This document shows positions 30,400 through 40,639 of a stretch of 64,000 nucleotides of DNA, piece by piece. The notes under the pieces are model-generated. The model saw only the letters and a list, made by a program, of their open reading frames with translations, made no database searches and had not been told where the DNA came from. Made by a program: the position numbers and the translations under genes. The DNA lies in IMG/VR virus record IMGVR_UViG_3300018891_000001, positions 151,871 to 215,870 of that record, one strand, 5' to 3'. The number at the start of each line of letters is the position of its first letter. The first letter of the stretch is position 1.

Positions 30400-31596
30400 T
30401 TAAGAAAAAGAAATTACGGTAGATTCTACCACTTCAGAAGGCAATTCGTCTAAAAATCGAGAAGGTTTATAGATACGAGATTTTCCGTCTTGTTGTGATC
30501 TTTGTTCTGCCCATGTGATCAATAATTCTTTTTCTGCACGGGTAATACCAACATAAGCCAAACGACGTTCTTCTTCGATATCTTTTTCACTTTGACTTCT
30601 CCAAGAAGGAAATATGCCTTCATTCCAACCGATGAGAAATACTACTGGGAATTCTAATCCTTTTGAAGCATGCATCGTCATCAAACGAACAGAGTCTGTT
30701 TTCTTATTGTTTTCAGAATCTGTCACTAATGAAATGTCTTGTAAGAAATCTTCTAAGGTTTTATCTGGATTTTCTGTTTCATATTTATCGACAAGAATAA
30801 GAAACTCTTTTAGATTGTCAATTTTCTCATCTGCTTTCTTGTCGTTTTCATAATACGCCCAAAGACCTGATTGTTCTAATACATAACGAACATAAGTGGA
30901 CATTAGTAAGCCGCTTTCTAATTTCTTTTCAAAGTGATCGAGCAAATCGATAAATGCTGTAATTTTGCTAAGTGAACGTTTATTGATACTTGGAATGTCA
31001 CTAGCATTTTTTAAAGCTCGATACACACTGACTTTATGAATATGTGCGTATTCTTCAATTTTATCTTGAGAGGTCTTACCAATTCCACGAGATGGCTTAT
31101 TCAGAATACGCAAAATAGCTGTATCATCTTTTCGATTAAAAATCGATCTTAGATACGCAATGGCATCTTTAATCTCTTCCCGATCATAAAAACCGTGACC
31201 ACCAATGACTTGATATGGAATAAATTGATTACGGAAGAAGTCTTCAATGACTCGAGACTGGGCATTTCCACGATATAAAATGGCAAAATCCTCATATTTG
31301 TATCCATCTTGAAGAACCTTCTTTTTAATCATGGCTGCAATATAAGCGGCTTCTTGATATTCATTTCCACAACCAATGACTTTAATGGTTTCTCCTGGCT
31401 CTCTTGGTGTTCGTAATGTCTTTTCTTTTTGGTGTTTATTGTATTTTACTATTTCATTTCCTGCATGAACAATATTGCGAACAGAACGATAATTTTGTTC
31501 TAGTTTCACAACAGTAGCTTGTGGAAAATACCGCTCAAAATTCAGAATAATATTAATATCAGAACCACGGAAACCATAAATGGCTTGATAATCGTC
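30400..31596 (-). CDS. pcrA: PcrA/UvrD helicase, exon 2
   Basis: DDYQAIYGFRG, LEQNYRS, MTMHASKGLEF, EERRLAYVGITRA. Confidence 0.93.
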   Translation of the reverse strand, partial: DDYQAIYGFRGSDINIILNFERYFPQATVVKLEQNYRSVRNIVHAGNEIVKYNKHQKEKTLRTPREPGETIKVIGCGNEYQEAAYIAAMIKKKVLQDGYKYEDFAILYRGNAQSRVIEDFFRNQFIPYQVIGGHGFYDREEIKDAIAYLRSIFNRKDDTAILRILNKPSRGIGKTSQDKIEEYAHIHKVSVYRALKNASDIPSINKRSLSKITAFIDLLDHFEKKLESGLLMSTYVRYVLEQSGLWAYYENDKKADEKIDNLKEFLILVDKYETENPDKTLEDFLQDISLVTDSENNKKTDSVRLMTMHASKGLEFPVVFLIGWNEGIFPSWRSQSEKDIEEERRLAYVGITRAEKELLITWAEQRSQQDGKSRIYKPSRFLDELPSEVVESTVISFS

Positions 31597-32079
31597 CGTA
31601 AATCTTGGAATTTCATCGCATATACACTTTGACCATAATTACCAACTACATTGTAATAACCATAACAGGCTATTACAGGAAGGAAGTTGATAAATATGGG
31701 TTGGTTATCCACCAAACAAGAAGCAATGAAACGCCATTACATTGCGGTATGGCGGTAAACAACAGGTAAAGCGCATCTTTGAATACATATACAAGGATGT
31801 AACCATTTACCTTCAAAGGAAATACGAGAAATTCTCTCTGCTATTCTCATAGCAGACGAGACCATATCTTCACTCTCTTTCAAGAGGTCCGGCGCTTCGG
31901 TTGTAGGAGTTTCACCTGCACCCTACTCCCTTTCGGGATGGTCGTTACACCTTCCTCATATGAGGCTTGGCACGGGATTGTCTCTCGTTACCGAGTCACT
32001 TCCCCCGTTAGCAACGTGTCCTTCTCACGTCACACCCTGCAAGTACAGGTTCACCGGATTTAACGTGAGCTAACAATTA
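31597..32079 (-). ncRNA. Group I intron (483 nt) in PcrA motif III
   Basis: VVG|DDYQ restored on splicing; P1 GUGGGU/GCUCAC; AACGGGGGAA, AATCCCGTG, P7 GACCA/TGGTC; terminal G. Confidence 0.9.
31730..31852 (+). pseudogene. Relic C-terminus of a LAGLIDADG endonuclease, antisense within intron 2
   Basis: LRYGGKQQVKRIFEYIYKDVTIYLQRKYEKF resembles the intron-1 HEG end YRFGG...FLYNNATIYLERK. Confidence 0.7.
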
Positions 32080-32862
32080 ACCCACGACAAACAAATTGTA
32101 TTGCGGCGCAGCAAGTAATAATAATAATTGAAATTGTGCATAGTTGGCATCTTGATACTCATCACTCATGACATATTGAAATTTTCCTTGCCAATAATCA
32201 CGAGCTTCCGGATAATCACGAAGCAAAATCACTGTATTCATAATGAGATCGCCAAAATCCATTGCGTTCATTTGCTTCATTTGGAATTGATAATGCATAT
32301 ACACTTGTGCCATGACTTGCTCATCAGCTGTTTCAGCTACGTGGTATGTACAGTATTCTGGATCCCATAGATTGTTTTTGGCATTATCTATATAGCTGAG
32401 TGCATACCCAGGCTTGTATTTGTCTTGAATCCCCATTTGCTTATAAATACGCTCAATGACTTGCAAAACATCGCCTGTATCATAAATAACAAACTTGCAT
32501 CGTTTGTTTTTTTCATCTTGCTCATATCCTAATAAATGACCGTGTTTGCGTAAAATGCGTACACATAAGCTATGAAATGTACCCATCCAAATGTGCTTCA
32601 TCGGTTCTTCGCCCACTACTTTTTCTAAACGTTCTTTCATTTCCCGAGCAGCTTTATTGGTAAATGTAGCACAAAAGATATTTTTTGCTTGAATTCCTTG
32701 CGATAGCATATTAGCAATTCGAACTGTTAAGGTTTTTGTTTTACCGGACCCGGCTCCCGCTAAAACAAGAACCTGACCATTAATCGTCGTAGCCGCTTCT
32801 CGTTGTTCTGGATTAAGTTCATTAAGCATATTTGATACTTCCCATAAATTTAATGTAGACAT
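32080..32862 (-). CDS. pcrA: PcrA/UvrD helicase, exon 1
   Basis: LNPEQ, AGAGSGKT, TFTNKAAREM, GTFHS, DEYQD. Confidence 0.93.
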
Positions 32863-32882
32863 ATCCGATTTCTCCTCCCTTT

Positions 32883-33750
32883 TTATTGATCTTCTGGTGC
32901 TTCTCCATAAGGAATTTCAAGATCTTCAGTAATTTCTGTAATATTTTCTGGATAAGGGTAATCAGGAGTTTCATACACAGCACTACGAATATTTTCAATG
33001 GCTGCTTTAGATACTACATCAAAGGCCTCATCACTATCAGGCTCTACTCCTTCTGGAAGATCAACCACTACTCGGACCATGGTTTCAAGTGTAACCAACA
33101 CCGCTTTTTTAGGCATTTGGAGTCCCCCCTTTAGATTGAATTCCATAATACACAATATCTCTATTGCTCAACTGAACTATCTGCGCTTGATCAATAACCA
33201 ATAAGATTTGATGAATTTCTTGTATTTCTTCTTCCAAATGACGCTTTTTCAAATGATGAAAATCATAATCAGTGAAAAGGCCTTCCCCCGGATGTTGAGG
33301 TTTTGATTTAAACAATCTCAATAACCAATTAGTGTTTTGATACTGTTTTAATCGGTCTTCATAACGATTTATAATATTTTGGATTTGATTTTCATGATAT
33401 TCCAATTCTTCTTGTAGCTGACGCATTTTCTTCAATGCAAAAGGATAGAAATCCTTAGCAGGAATATCCACTTTCATCATAATCCCTCCTTTTTTGTGCA
33501 TAAAAAAGCAGACATGAGAAACATGTCTGCTTTTATCAGAGTGATCCTATGAATTTACTATTTCATTCATAGCATCTTCAAAACGCTTTTTAAAGCTCTT
33601 GATTTCTTGTTCACGAGCTTTCAGGTTTTCTGTTAAATTGACATGTCGAGCAGCATTGTTCCACTCTCGAACCATAGAAGCAGATTCATATTTCTTTAGA
33701 AGCTCATTAAATACTTTTTGCATTTTTGTTATATTAGCCATTTTTATCAC
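32883..33750 (-). other. Three hypothetical genes (32883-33116, 33109-33480, 33547-33741)
   Basis: ORFs with SD; terminator hairpin at 33502-33534. Confidence 0.55.
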
Positions 33751-33780
33751 CTCCCTTCAAGGAGGTGGTTTATTATCCGA

Positions 33781-35382
33781 TTACGATAAACGACGTTTCG
33801 CCTGACTAATTAATAATGGATGTACTTGGGATAATTGACGATACAACTCTTCAAACGTTTCCCGAATATCCCATTGTGCTTCTTCGGATGTGCGAAGATT
33901 GATCAAATGATAAGCTTCCCATAAATCAAAACTAGCAAATATATGACGACGATGTGCATTTAACACCACATATTCGGCTTCATTAGAAAAACCTGCTTCC
34001 ACTAGTAAATTATACAATTCTTTAGATTGTTCAGCAATGTCTTTCAAGAGATTCTCTAATCCAGCTTCTTTAATTCTTGGTGGAATGGTAATTCCGAAAT
34101 GTGGTGTTGGATTGGAAAAGACAAAATCTGTTTTCCGATTATGTCTTAATAACTGATGCCAGTTAGCTTCAGATACAAAAAATTCGACCTGATATTGGAC
34201 ATGTTTAAATTCTTCTGGTGCCATATCAAAGTGCTGCATTTCAAACAACAAATCTTTGATGATTTGTTCTTGTTTTTCTTTTCCTAAACACTTGGCTTTG
34301 TAATAAGCTGCCTTATACGGCAAATCTTCATGTTTCATCAACAATAAAGCAATAATATGCGCAATGATTTCACTTTCCATTTTGACACTGCTTAAAACCG
34401 CTGATTTAGATGAAGCGGTTATTGTGTTTCTTTCTGTAAAATGAGTTTCCATTCGTTTTTTGGAATTTCGCTGATATTGCGAAGGTGTAGCGTATTTCAA
34501 TAATACTGGTAACACCTTTGAAATCTCAGTTCGAATATCTTCAGCTAGTTTTTGAGATTCCTTGTGTTTTGAATTACCTAATACTGCGAGTGCATCTCGC
34601 CATGCTCGACCATTGGCCGTCATACCAAGTTGAGTATACATTGAAAGCGGCAAAACATAACGAGCATCTTCAAAAGCCAATTTTTCTAATACTGAATCCT
34701 TTTCTTCTGGATATGTTTTCTTGAGATACTCAAATACTCCCTTAATTAACTGCTCAAATGCATCAAACGCTTTATGAAAAAATTCTTCTACTGTTATACG
34801 AATATTTTCACTTTCTTTATCAATAGGATTATGCCATTGACCACGTTCAGGTTTTTGGTAACGCTGACTATATTCCGTAATAGATAAGAAAGAATTGGCG
34901 AGCTCTAGTTCTGCAGAAGCCAATCGAGAAATGCTTTCAATCCCCACATGAGCCACAGCATGTTCAGCAACAGAAGAATGACCATAGCCCACAGTCCACT
35001 TTTCGTGAAACTTTCTTGCCTTTTCATCGAGTTCTTTGAAGGATTCAATGCGTCCTCTAATGTCGTGGTCCTTGAGGGCGATTTGAAGATGTTGTTTAAA
35101 CGACTTGGGAGAACGTGATACCCAGGCAAATAGGGTTGCAATGAACTCTTCTGGCAATCCGACAATTGCATAAACAGGTCCATCCACGTTAGTGACATAG
35201 GGAGAAATATCAACTTCTTTTATTTGGTGTTCGTTCGGGGAAACCCCTTCACCACTTTGGCCAGTTTCGGATTCTTTTTCAGACCCTTCAAGGCGGTCTT
35301 GCTTCCGATTCCTATTCTTTTTGGAGTTTGTTTGATTTTCTTCATGGAAATCATCCTTTATTTCTTTTATTAGCTTAGACAT
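33781..35382 (-). CDS. thyX: Flavin-dependent thymidylate synthase (tandem-domain ThyX)
   Basis: YGHSSVAEH, EYSQRY, EDARYVLP, QLLRHN, LRT..AQWDIR. Confidence 0.88.
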   Translation of the reverse strand: MSKLIKEIKDDFHEENQTNSKKNRNRKQDRLEGSEKESETGQSGEGVSPNEHQIKEVDISPYVTNVDGPVYAIVGLPEEFIATLFAWVSRSPKSFKQHLQIALKDHDIRGRIESFKELDEKARKFHEKWTVGYGHSSVAEHAVAHVGIESISRLASAELELANSFLSITEYSQRYQKPERGQWHNPIDKESENIRITVEEFFHKAFDAFEQLIKGVFEYLKKTYPEEKDSVLEKLAFEDARYVLPLSMYTQLGMTANGRAWRDALAVLGNSKHKESQKLAEDIRTEISKVLPVLLKYATPSQYQRNSKKRMETHFTERNTITASSKSAVLSSVKMESEIIAHIIALLLMKHEDLPYKAAYYKAKCLGKEKQEQIIKDLLFEMQHFDMAPEEFKHVQYQVEFFVSEANWHQLLRHNRKTDFVFSNPTPHFGITIPPRIKEAGLENLLKDIAEQSKELYNLLVEAGFSNEAEYVVLNAHRRHIFASFDLWEAYHLINLRTSEEAQWDIRETFEELYRQLSQVHPLLISQAKRRLS

Positions 35383-35412
35383 ATTGCTTCCTCCTTGTTC
35401 TTAGAATGGCAA

Positions 35413-35515
35413 CGCCATCACCTGAAACCGAGAAAAGGTGGTCGAGGTGTGTCTACCCTCCTTTTTATAGATTTGTTGTATTACGCATATCAAACCTCGG
35501 TTTCACATGATGACG
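35413..35515 (-). ncRNA. Long RNA helix 1 (20 bp, 63-nt loop)
   Basis: CGUCAUCAUGUGAAACCGAG / CUCGGUUUCAGGUGAUGGCG; two G-U pairs, one mismatch. Confidence 0.6.
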
Positions 35516-35576
35516 GGCGAGCGACTCCCTCCTGCACTCGCCAGTGTTTTATGATATGAAAGCGATGAAAACAAAA

Positions 35577-36125
35577 TTACTGTACGGAAATTGCTTTCCC
35601 GTATACAAATTCTTCTACCGGAAGTTGCTCACCAGCTACAAACCAGTTTTTAAAACGATCTGGCTGAATACCTTGTGTTCCTGGTGTAGCTTTCTTTACA
35701 AGCATGGTAGTTTGACATTCATGGCAATCTACCATTTTTACTCCTTCTGGAATGTAATGGTTTCCTGTATTATTGCATTTAGGACAACGATAACGGCATC
35801 TGTAATGATTAATGCCATTTTTCACTTTAATGCCCGTGTTATAATAAGAAGGAATCTCTTGTTCTTTTTTCTCTATCTCCTCCAATGCTTCTTCCATTGA
35901 AGAAGGTTCCTTCGTAATAACAACATTGTTGGTTACATGAGTTACAGTTGGCGTTTTTTCTTCTGATATGGCATGTTCAATTTTCATTTCTTTCGGTGTT
36001 ACTGAAATTGAAAAGAAATGAAATAGGCCATCAATCATTCTGTCAATCTGTGGAGAGGTGGCTTGTTCTACTTCTAATAATGCTTGTTGATGCTTATTTT
36101 GAACTTGTAATAATACTTTAGGCAT
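35577..36125 (-). CDS. Protein with C-terminal zinc ribbon
   Basis: TGIK...YRCPKC...CHEC. Confidence 0.65.
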   Translation of the reverse strand: MPKVLLQVQNKHQQALLEVEQATSPQIDRMIDGLFHFFSISVTPKEMKIEHAISEEKTPTVTHVTNNVVITKEPSSMEEALEEIEKKEQEIPSYYNTGIKVKNGINHYRCRYRCPKCNNTGNHYIPEGVKMVDCHECQTTMLVKKATPGTQGIQPDRFKNWFVAGEQLPVEEFVYGKAISVQ

Positions 36126-36174
36126 ATCTTTTTTCTCCTCCCTTTACTTGTATTCTTCACTTGTATCGGGAATG

Positions 36175-36263
36175 GCTCCCTAGTAAGCGGAGGGAAAATG
36201 AGGTATATCTATATAAAAAGGGGCATAGGACATGAACAATGGATCCTCCGCTTACTAGGAAGC
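36175..36263 (-). ncRNA. Long RNA helix 2 (19 bp, 51-nt loop)
   Basis: GCUUCCUAGUAAGCGGAGG / CCUCCGCUUACUAGGGAGC; one G-U pair. Confidence 0.6.
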
Positions 36264-36293
36264 AGGAGAACATCTCCTACCTCCGACTGTATA

Positions 36294-36635
36294 TTACCAA
36301 GTGGTTTTCGTAGATTGAATCCGGTCTGTGACTTCATCAATATCCGTCATCATTTGTTTTAATCGTACTAACCCATCTTGCACTTGGTTTTGGCATGCAT
36401 CAATTCGATATGCAAATGCACGCAATGTTTCACGAGATGGTGGATTTGTAGATTGAGAGGCTTCCATAATTTCTTTTTCAATAGAATCAAAGCCTCTTAA
36501 TGCAGACTCAAGCATTTCAATAGCAAATTTCGCTTTATCTGCAATATGGTCAATTTTTAATGCGGTTTCTTTCGTTTTTGCATTTCCCCAATCAGAAGAC
36601 ATATAGTTTGGAGATGAATTGGATGTATAAGACAT
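36294..36635 (-). CDS. Helical hypothetical protein
   Basis: GAGGTG SD before MSYTS. Confidence 0.6.
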   Translation of the reverse strand: MSYTSNSSPNYMSSDWGNAKTKETALKIDHIADKAKFAIEMLESALRGFDSIEKEIMEASQSTNPPSRETLRAFAYRIDACQNQVQDGLVRLKQMMTDIDEVTDRIQSTKTTW

Positions 36636-36648
36636 TGCTTTCACCTCA

Positions 36649-37068
36649 TTACTTTTGATATTTGTCTGTAATTTCATCAATTTTATTAGTTAGTGCATCA
36701 ATTTCATCCGTTAAGCGGTCAATTTCATCTGTGTATTTGTCTACATCTTTAATATTTTTTTGCACTTCCTGTAGATTGCTCATGGCTCCTGTCACCTTGG
36801 ACATAATTTCTGTTGCAATCGAGCTAACCAATACTTGCACATGATCCGGCGCATTGGTTCCAATTTGTTGTACCAATCGGTCCACAAGCGGCTTGATCTG
36901 ACCTAATGTATTTTGAGCATTCGTTAATTCACGGCCACAAGAGTTCAACTCCGCATCAATTTTGTCAGATGTACGGTCAATCTTGGATTGCGTGATCTGG
37001 TCAATTTCACGAATCACTTTATCAATTTCATTACATAATTCTCGTACAGCACTTTTACCTACAATCAT
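36649..37068 (-). CDS. Helical-bundle hypothetical protein
   Basis: Heptad repeats (IDxxTxx); GGAGG SD. Confidence 0.6.
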   Translation of the reverse strand: MIVGKSAVRELCNEIDKVIREIDQITQSKIDRTSDKIDAELNSCGRELTNAQNTLGQIKPLVDRLVQQIGTNAPDHVQVLVSSIATEIMSKVTGAMSNLQEVQKNIKDVDKYTDEIDRLTDEIDALTNKIDEITDKYQK

Positions 37069-37106
37069 TTTCCGATTCCTCCTTAATGATATATGTAATA
37101 AGGGGA

Positions 37107-37205
37107 GTCACATCTCCCCCATCAACAGAAGAGGGAAAAATAAGCGGAAATCTAAGCACATGACATAAAGGGGGAATCCCTCCTCTGCTGATGGGGAAGG
37201 GTGAC
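37107..37205 (-). ncRNA. Long RNA helix 3 (~28 bp, 40-nt loop)
   Basis: GUCACCCUUCCCCAUCAGCAGAGGAGGGA / UCCCUCUUCUGUUGAUGGGGGAGAUGUGAC; three G-U pairs. Confidence 0.65.
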
Positions 37206-37412
37206 AACATCTCCTTCCCTTTTCTGTGCTACAATGTTTCTAATACATCACAAAACGTTTCTTCAATATATTGTTCTTGTTCTTGATCTGACATGTTATA
37301 GACTTCTTCAGAAACTTCCGTTGAAAAATGAACATGTCCTTGATCGTTATAAATGATTAAACGATAGCTGTCTCCAGCTTCTACTATTTCATACTGGTAG
37401 CGAACCATCAGT

Positions 37413-37628
37413 TTAATAGCCTCCTGTTAAATCACTAAAGACTGTTGTGTTGCCGCCATCATAATATTCTGGTTTCTTACCTTCATCAGTCTTCTTAGAC
37501 CCGGCATTGGCTAAAGATACCTCTAATTCTTGAGTAGCTACTACACAAGATTCACCCTGGCCATTTAATACATCAAGCTTAATTTCGCCACCTGGTTTAA
37601 TCGTGAATTTAACCTCTGTCTTTTGCAT
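37413..37628 (-). CDS. DUF2997-family protein
   Basis: F.I.P.G.I...V.NG.G.SC...T..LE..L......KKPEYY. Confidence 0.75.
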   Translation of the reverse strand: MQKTEVKFTIKPGGEIKLDVLNGQGESCVVATQELEVSLANAGSKKTDEGKKPEYYDGGNTTVFSDLTGGY

Positions 37629-37766
37629 TATAATTCCTCCCATTTAACATGTTCTCCAATTGGTAAGAAAAACTGAGTATGCGGAAATACTGTCGCATCG
37701 TTTCTGTGTTCTACCCAACCAATTTCATTGTTCCAATAGCCATCATTTGAAGAAATAATCCACATT

Positions 37767-38066
37767 TTATGAACGACGGACTCCATCTTGCGTTAACACT
37801 CCTTCATCAATGGCTTGTTGAATCACTTGAAGTATATATTCATCTTGTTCCTCATATGAAACATTTAAAAATATTTCATTATTCCATTGAGGTAAGTCTC
37901 TAACATCAAATGAATAATCTCCGTTATCAGAACATTTCACATGATATCCAAACCAGAAAGTACGATAACCTTCTTCCATGTAATCATTTTTGTAGATATG
38001 GTAAATGGTGACATCATTATGAACTAAGGCGATTTCAGGTTCTACCCATTGATATTGGTATGGCAT
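37767..38066 (-). CDS. Hypothetical protein
   Basis: GGAGG SD. Confidence 0.55.
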   Translation of the reverse strand: MPYQYQWVEPEIALVHNDVTIYHIYKNDYMEEGYRTFWFGYHVKCSDNGDYSFDVRDLPQWNNEIFLNVSYEEQDEYILQVIQQAIDEGVLTQDGVRRS

Positions 38067-38112
38067 TCATTCTACCTCCTTACAAGCGGGAGTTTTACTC
38101 CCGCTTTGATTT

Positions 38113-38496
38113 TTACGCAAATGAAGAAGCTAAAATTTCGATTTCGCCTTTTTCATTAATGCTGATATCATCAATGCTCCAACGATTTTCTTCACATGCA
38201 TCCATGACTTGATATTTGGAATGCAACTGAGAAATCTTGTTCGTAAATTCTTTTTCAGACCAAGGAAGCACATACCAATCGGCTTGCAATTGCAATTCAT
38301 TAGTTTCTGTATCACGAACCCAACCAAGAGGTAGTACTTTGCCATTTTTGACAACAGCCAGTTCCGCTTTTCTTGTTTGACCATACCAGTCGGTAATCGT
38401 TGCATTTTCTTTGTAATCAAGTCCCATTTCTTGGAGTCCTCGTTTTACATACTCCATATTAGATACATTACATGTGTAGACTGCAAAATGTGACAT
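38113..38496 (-). CDS. DUF1257 (Ycf35-like) protein
   Basis: MSHF start; L..MG; lG.....; ADWY; GEIEI. Confidence 0.75.
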   Translation of the reverse strand: MSHFAVYTCNVSNMEYVKRGLQEMGLDYKENATITDWYGQTRKAELAVVKNGKVLPLGWVRDTETNELQLQADWYVLPWSEKEFTNKISQLHSKYQVMDACEENRWSIDDISINEKGEIEILASSFA

Positions 38497-38551
38497 CTGT
38501 ACATCGTTCCTTTCTTTCTAAGATTGATTTATTTTAAAGAGCTTTGGCTCT

Positions 38552-38941
38552 TTAATCCTGTTTAGGGCGTGAAAGATATTTTTGAGCCACCTTTTTTAGC
38601 AATTCAATACGTCGCTCTTGAGAAGCTTTCACTTGTCGATAAACTTCTTCTGGCATTTTTTCTGTTTCTTCTTTGGTGTAATTTTTTTCAATCAAGTACT
38701 TCAGATTTTGAATCTTTTTTTGCATATCTTTCATAAAGGATTCTTTGATAAATTGAAAGACTTCTAAATGCTCAATTCGTTGAATAAATTGACGGAACTC
38801 ATTTTCTAACTCCTGAGTTTCGTCCAATGCCAACATAACAGCACGTTCAAAATTTTGTTGTTTATTGTATTGAACTTCATAATGAGAAAACTGTTGTAAT
38901 ATTTCCTGTACTTTTTTCCTTTGTTGATCTTTGTCATGCAT
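38552..38941 (-). CDS. Hypothetical coiled-coil protein
   Basis: ORF within the operon. Confidence 0.55.
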   Translation of the reverse strand: MHDKDQQRKKVQEILQQFSHYEVQYNKQQNFERAVMLALDETQELENEFRQFIQRIEHLEVFQFIKESFMKDMQKKIQNLKYLIEKNYTKEETEKMPEEVYRQVKASQERRIELLKKVAQKYLSRPKQD

Positions 38942-38952
38942 GATAGCACCCC

Positions 38953-40584
38953 TTATCCTAAATCAAGGTCCGGAAAATCTACCTCAACCAATTTTGCTTT
39001 GGTATCAGCAGCGGCATGCAACAATTTATGTTCTTCACTAGAAGCACATTTAGCAGAATGTTTTGCCCAATTACGAAGATTAGTTAACAATTCCGGATTT
39101 CGCTTAGATAATGGAACAATCTTCGAAATTTGTCCTAGTAAATCCTCTTGACGAATATAATGAGTAGCTCGATTGCCTTTTCGATAATCGGCATATGCTC
39201 GTCTACCTGCCTCCGATACAACTTGTTCGATTTCAGCACCAGTAAAATCCTCAGAGTTTTTAGCCAATTCTACAATTTGCGCCTCACTAAAGCAGTTTTC
39301 TTCTTGAGAGACATTACAAATTTTATATCCACGTTTTGTTAAATGAATTTTATAGATTTCTTCCCGTTCAGTCTGAGCAGGAAGTGAGACGAAGAAAATA
39401 TCATCAAAACGACCTGCACGAGTTAGTTCTGCAGGAAGCTTTGTAATATCGTTCGCTGTTGCAATAACGAATACTGGAGCCTCTTTATCAGAAAGCCATG
39501 TCAATAACGTCTGAATGACACGAGAAGTCGTGCCTCCATCCGATTTATCCGAAGAAGACATACCGGCTAATGCCTTTTCAAATTCATCTATCCATAACAC
39601 GCAAGGCGATACACTTTCCGCTAATTTCAATGCACGGTCAATATTCTTTTCTGATTGACCTACTTTAGAATCCATAATATCGCTCATGTTCATTTTCAAA
39701 AGCGGTAAATTCCACATATGAGCAACTGATTTGGCTGTTAAAGATTTTCCGACACCCGGAAATCCAGCTACAACAACTCCACGAACCGGATCAATGCCAT
39801 ATTCTTTTGCTTCATGTTCAAATGCATATTGAGCATCAGCAAACCAGTCTTTTAATATATCCATACCACCAACATGGTCCATGTTTCCTAATTTTGTAAC
39901 ATACTCTAATAGACCAGTCTTTTTAATGACTTGTTCTTTTTCAGCGACAATTTCGTCTAGTACAATCTTTTTATGTTTAGCAACGGACTTTTTTAGTACA
40001 TTGATAATTTCTGATTTCGTCATTCCAATTAATGCATTAATAATCGCTACACGATCACGGCCTTCTGGAACTGGTAAATCTTTTGAAAGAAGAAAGGTTT
40101 CCATGCCACGAAGCTGTTCTTCTACTTGCTCACGAGTTGGTAATTCATAAGTAACAACTGTAATAAGTTTTTCTAGTTCCATCGGAATATTAATTTGCGG
40201 AGATACCAAAAGAATCGGCTTATAGATATTATCCTGTTTTTCCAAAATATCACGAAGACGACGCTTTGCTTGGAAATTTGTCCAGATGTCATGAAAATCC
40301 TTGATAACAAATGCAGCTGGCTTATCGTAATTCTCAATAAAATCCAACAATTTTACAGGATCATATAGTTTTTGAAATAGATCATTTGTAATTAAATCTT
40401 TTAATCCAGATGTAATACTCCATGTATAAGATTCAATACCTTTTGCCTCAATAATGGTTTTTAAGTCCTCTTGAAACCGTTCTTCCTCGAATGTATGGAC
40501 TAAAATAGAACGACGACGGGAATTCATTAATGTTGAAATTTCCTCAATACCAGTCATTTTCTTAACAATTGCCTGCGACATCAT
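38953..40584 (-). CDS. Ycf46-like AAA+ ATPase
   Basis: T.EE.R, KDFH, VGGMD.LK.W, GFPGVGKS, IDEFEK, RAGRFD, FTGAEIEQ. Confidence 0.88.
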   Translation of the reverse strand: MMSQAIVKKMTGIEEISTLMNSRRRSILVHTFEEERFQEDLKTIIEAKGIESYTWSITSGLKDLITNDLFQKLYDPVKLLDFIENYDKPAAFVIKDFHDIWTNFQAKRRLRDILEKQDNIYKPILLVSPQINIPMELEKLITVVTYELPTREQVEEQLRGMETFLLSKDLPVPEGRDRVAIINALIGMTKSEIINVLKKSVAKHKKIVLDEIVAEKEQVIKKTGLLEYVTKLGNMDHVGGMDILKDWFADAQYAFEHEAKEYGIDPVRGVVVAGFPGVGKSLTAKSVAHMWNLPLLKMNMSDIMDSKVGQSEKNIDRALKLAESVSPCVLWIDEFEKALAGMSSSDKSDGGTTSRVIQTLLTWLSDKEAPVFVIATANDITKLPAELTRAGRFDDIFFVSLPAQTEREEIYKIHLTKRGYKICNVSQEENCFSEAQIVELAKNSEDFTGAEIEQVVSEAGRRAYADYRKGNRATHYIRQEDLLGQISKIVPLSKRNPELLTNLRNWAKHSAKCASSEEHKLLHAAADTKAKLVEVDFPDLDLG

Positions 40585-40639
40585 TAATTCCTCCTTAATA
40601 AGTGCTTTTTCCGATAAATGTCCCGGAGGGACGCTTTCC

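Noticed and set aside
19442-32862. Calling the two split helicases pseudogenes or intein-containing
   Set aside because: Group I core elements and exact in-frame rejoining explain both breaks; in-frame stops exclude inteins
35413-35545. 6S RNA or riboswitch upstream of thyX
   Set aside because: No symmetrical central bubble or recognisable aptamer motif; kept as an unclassified helix
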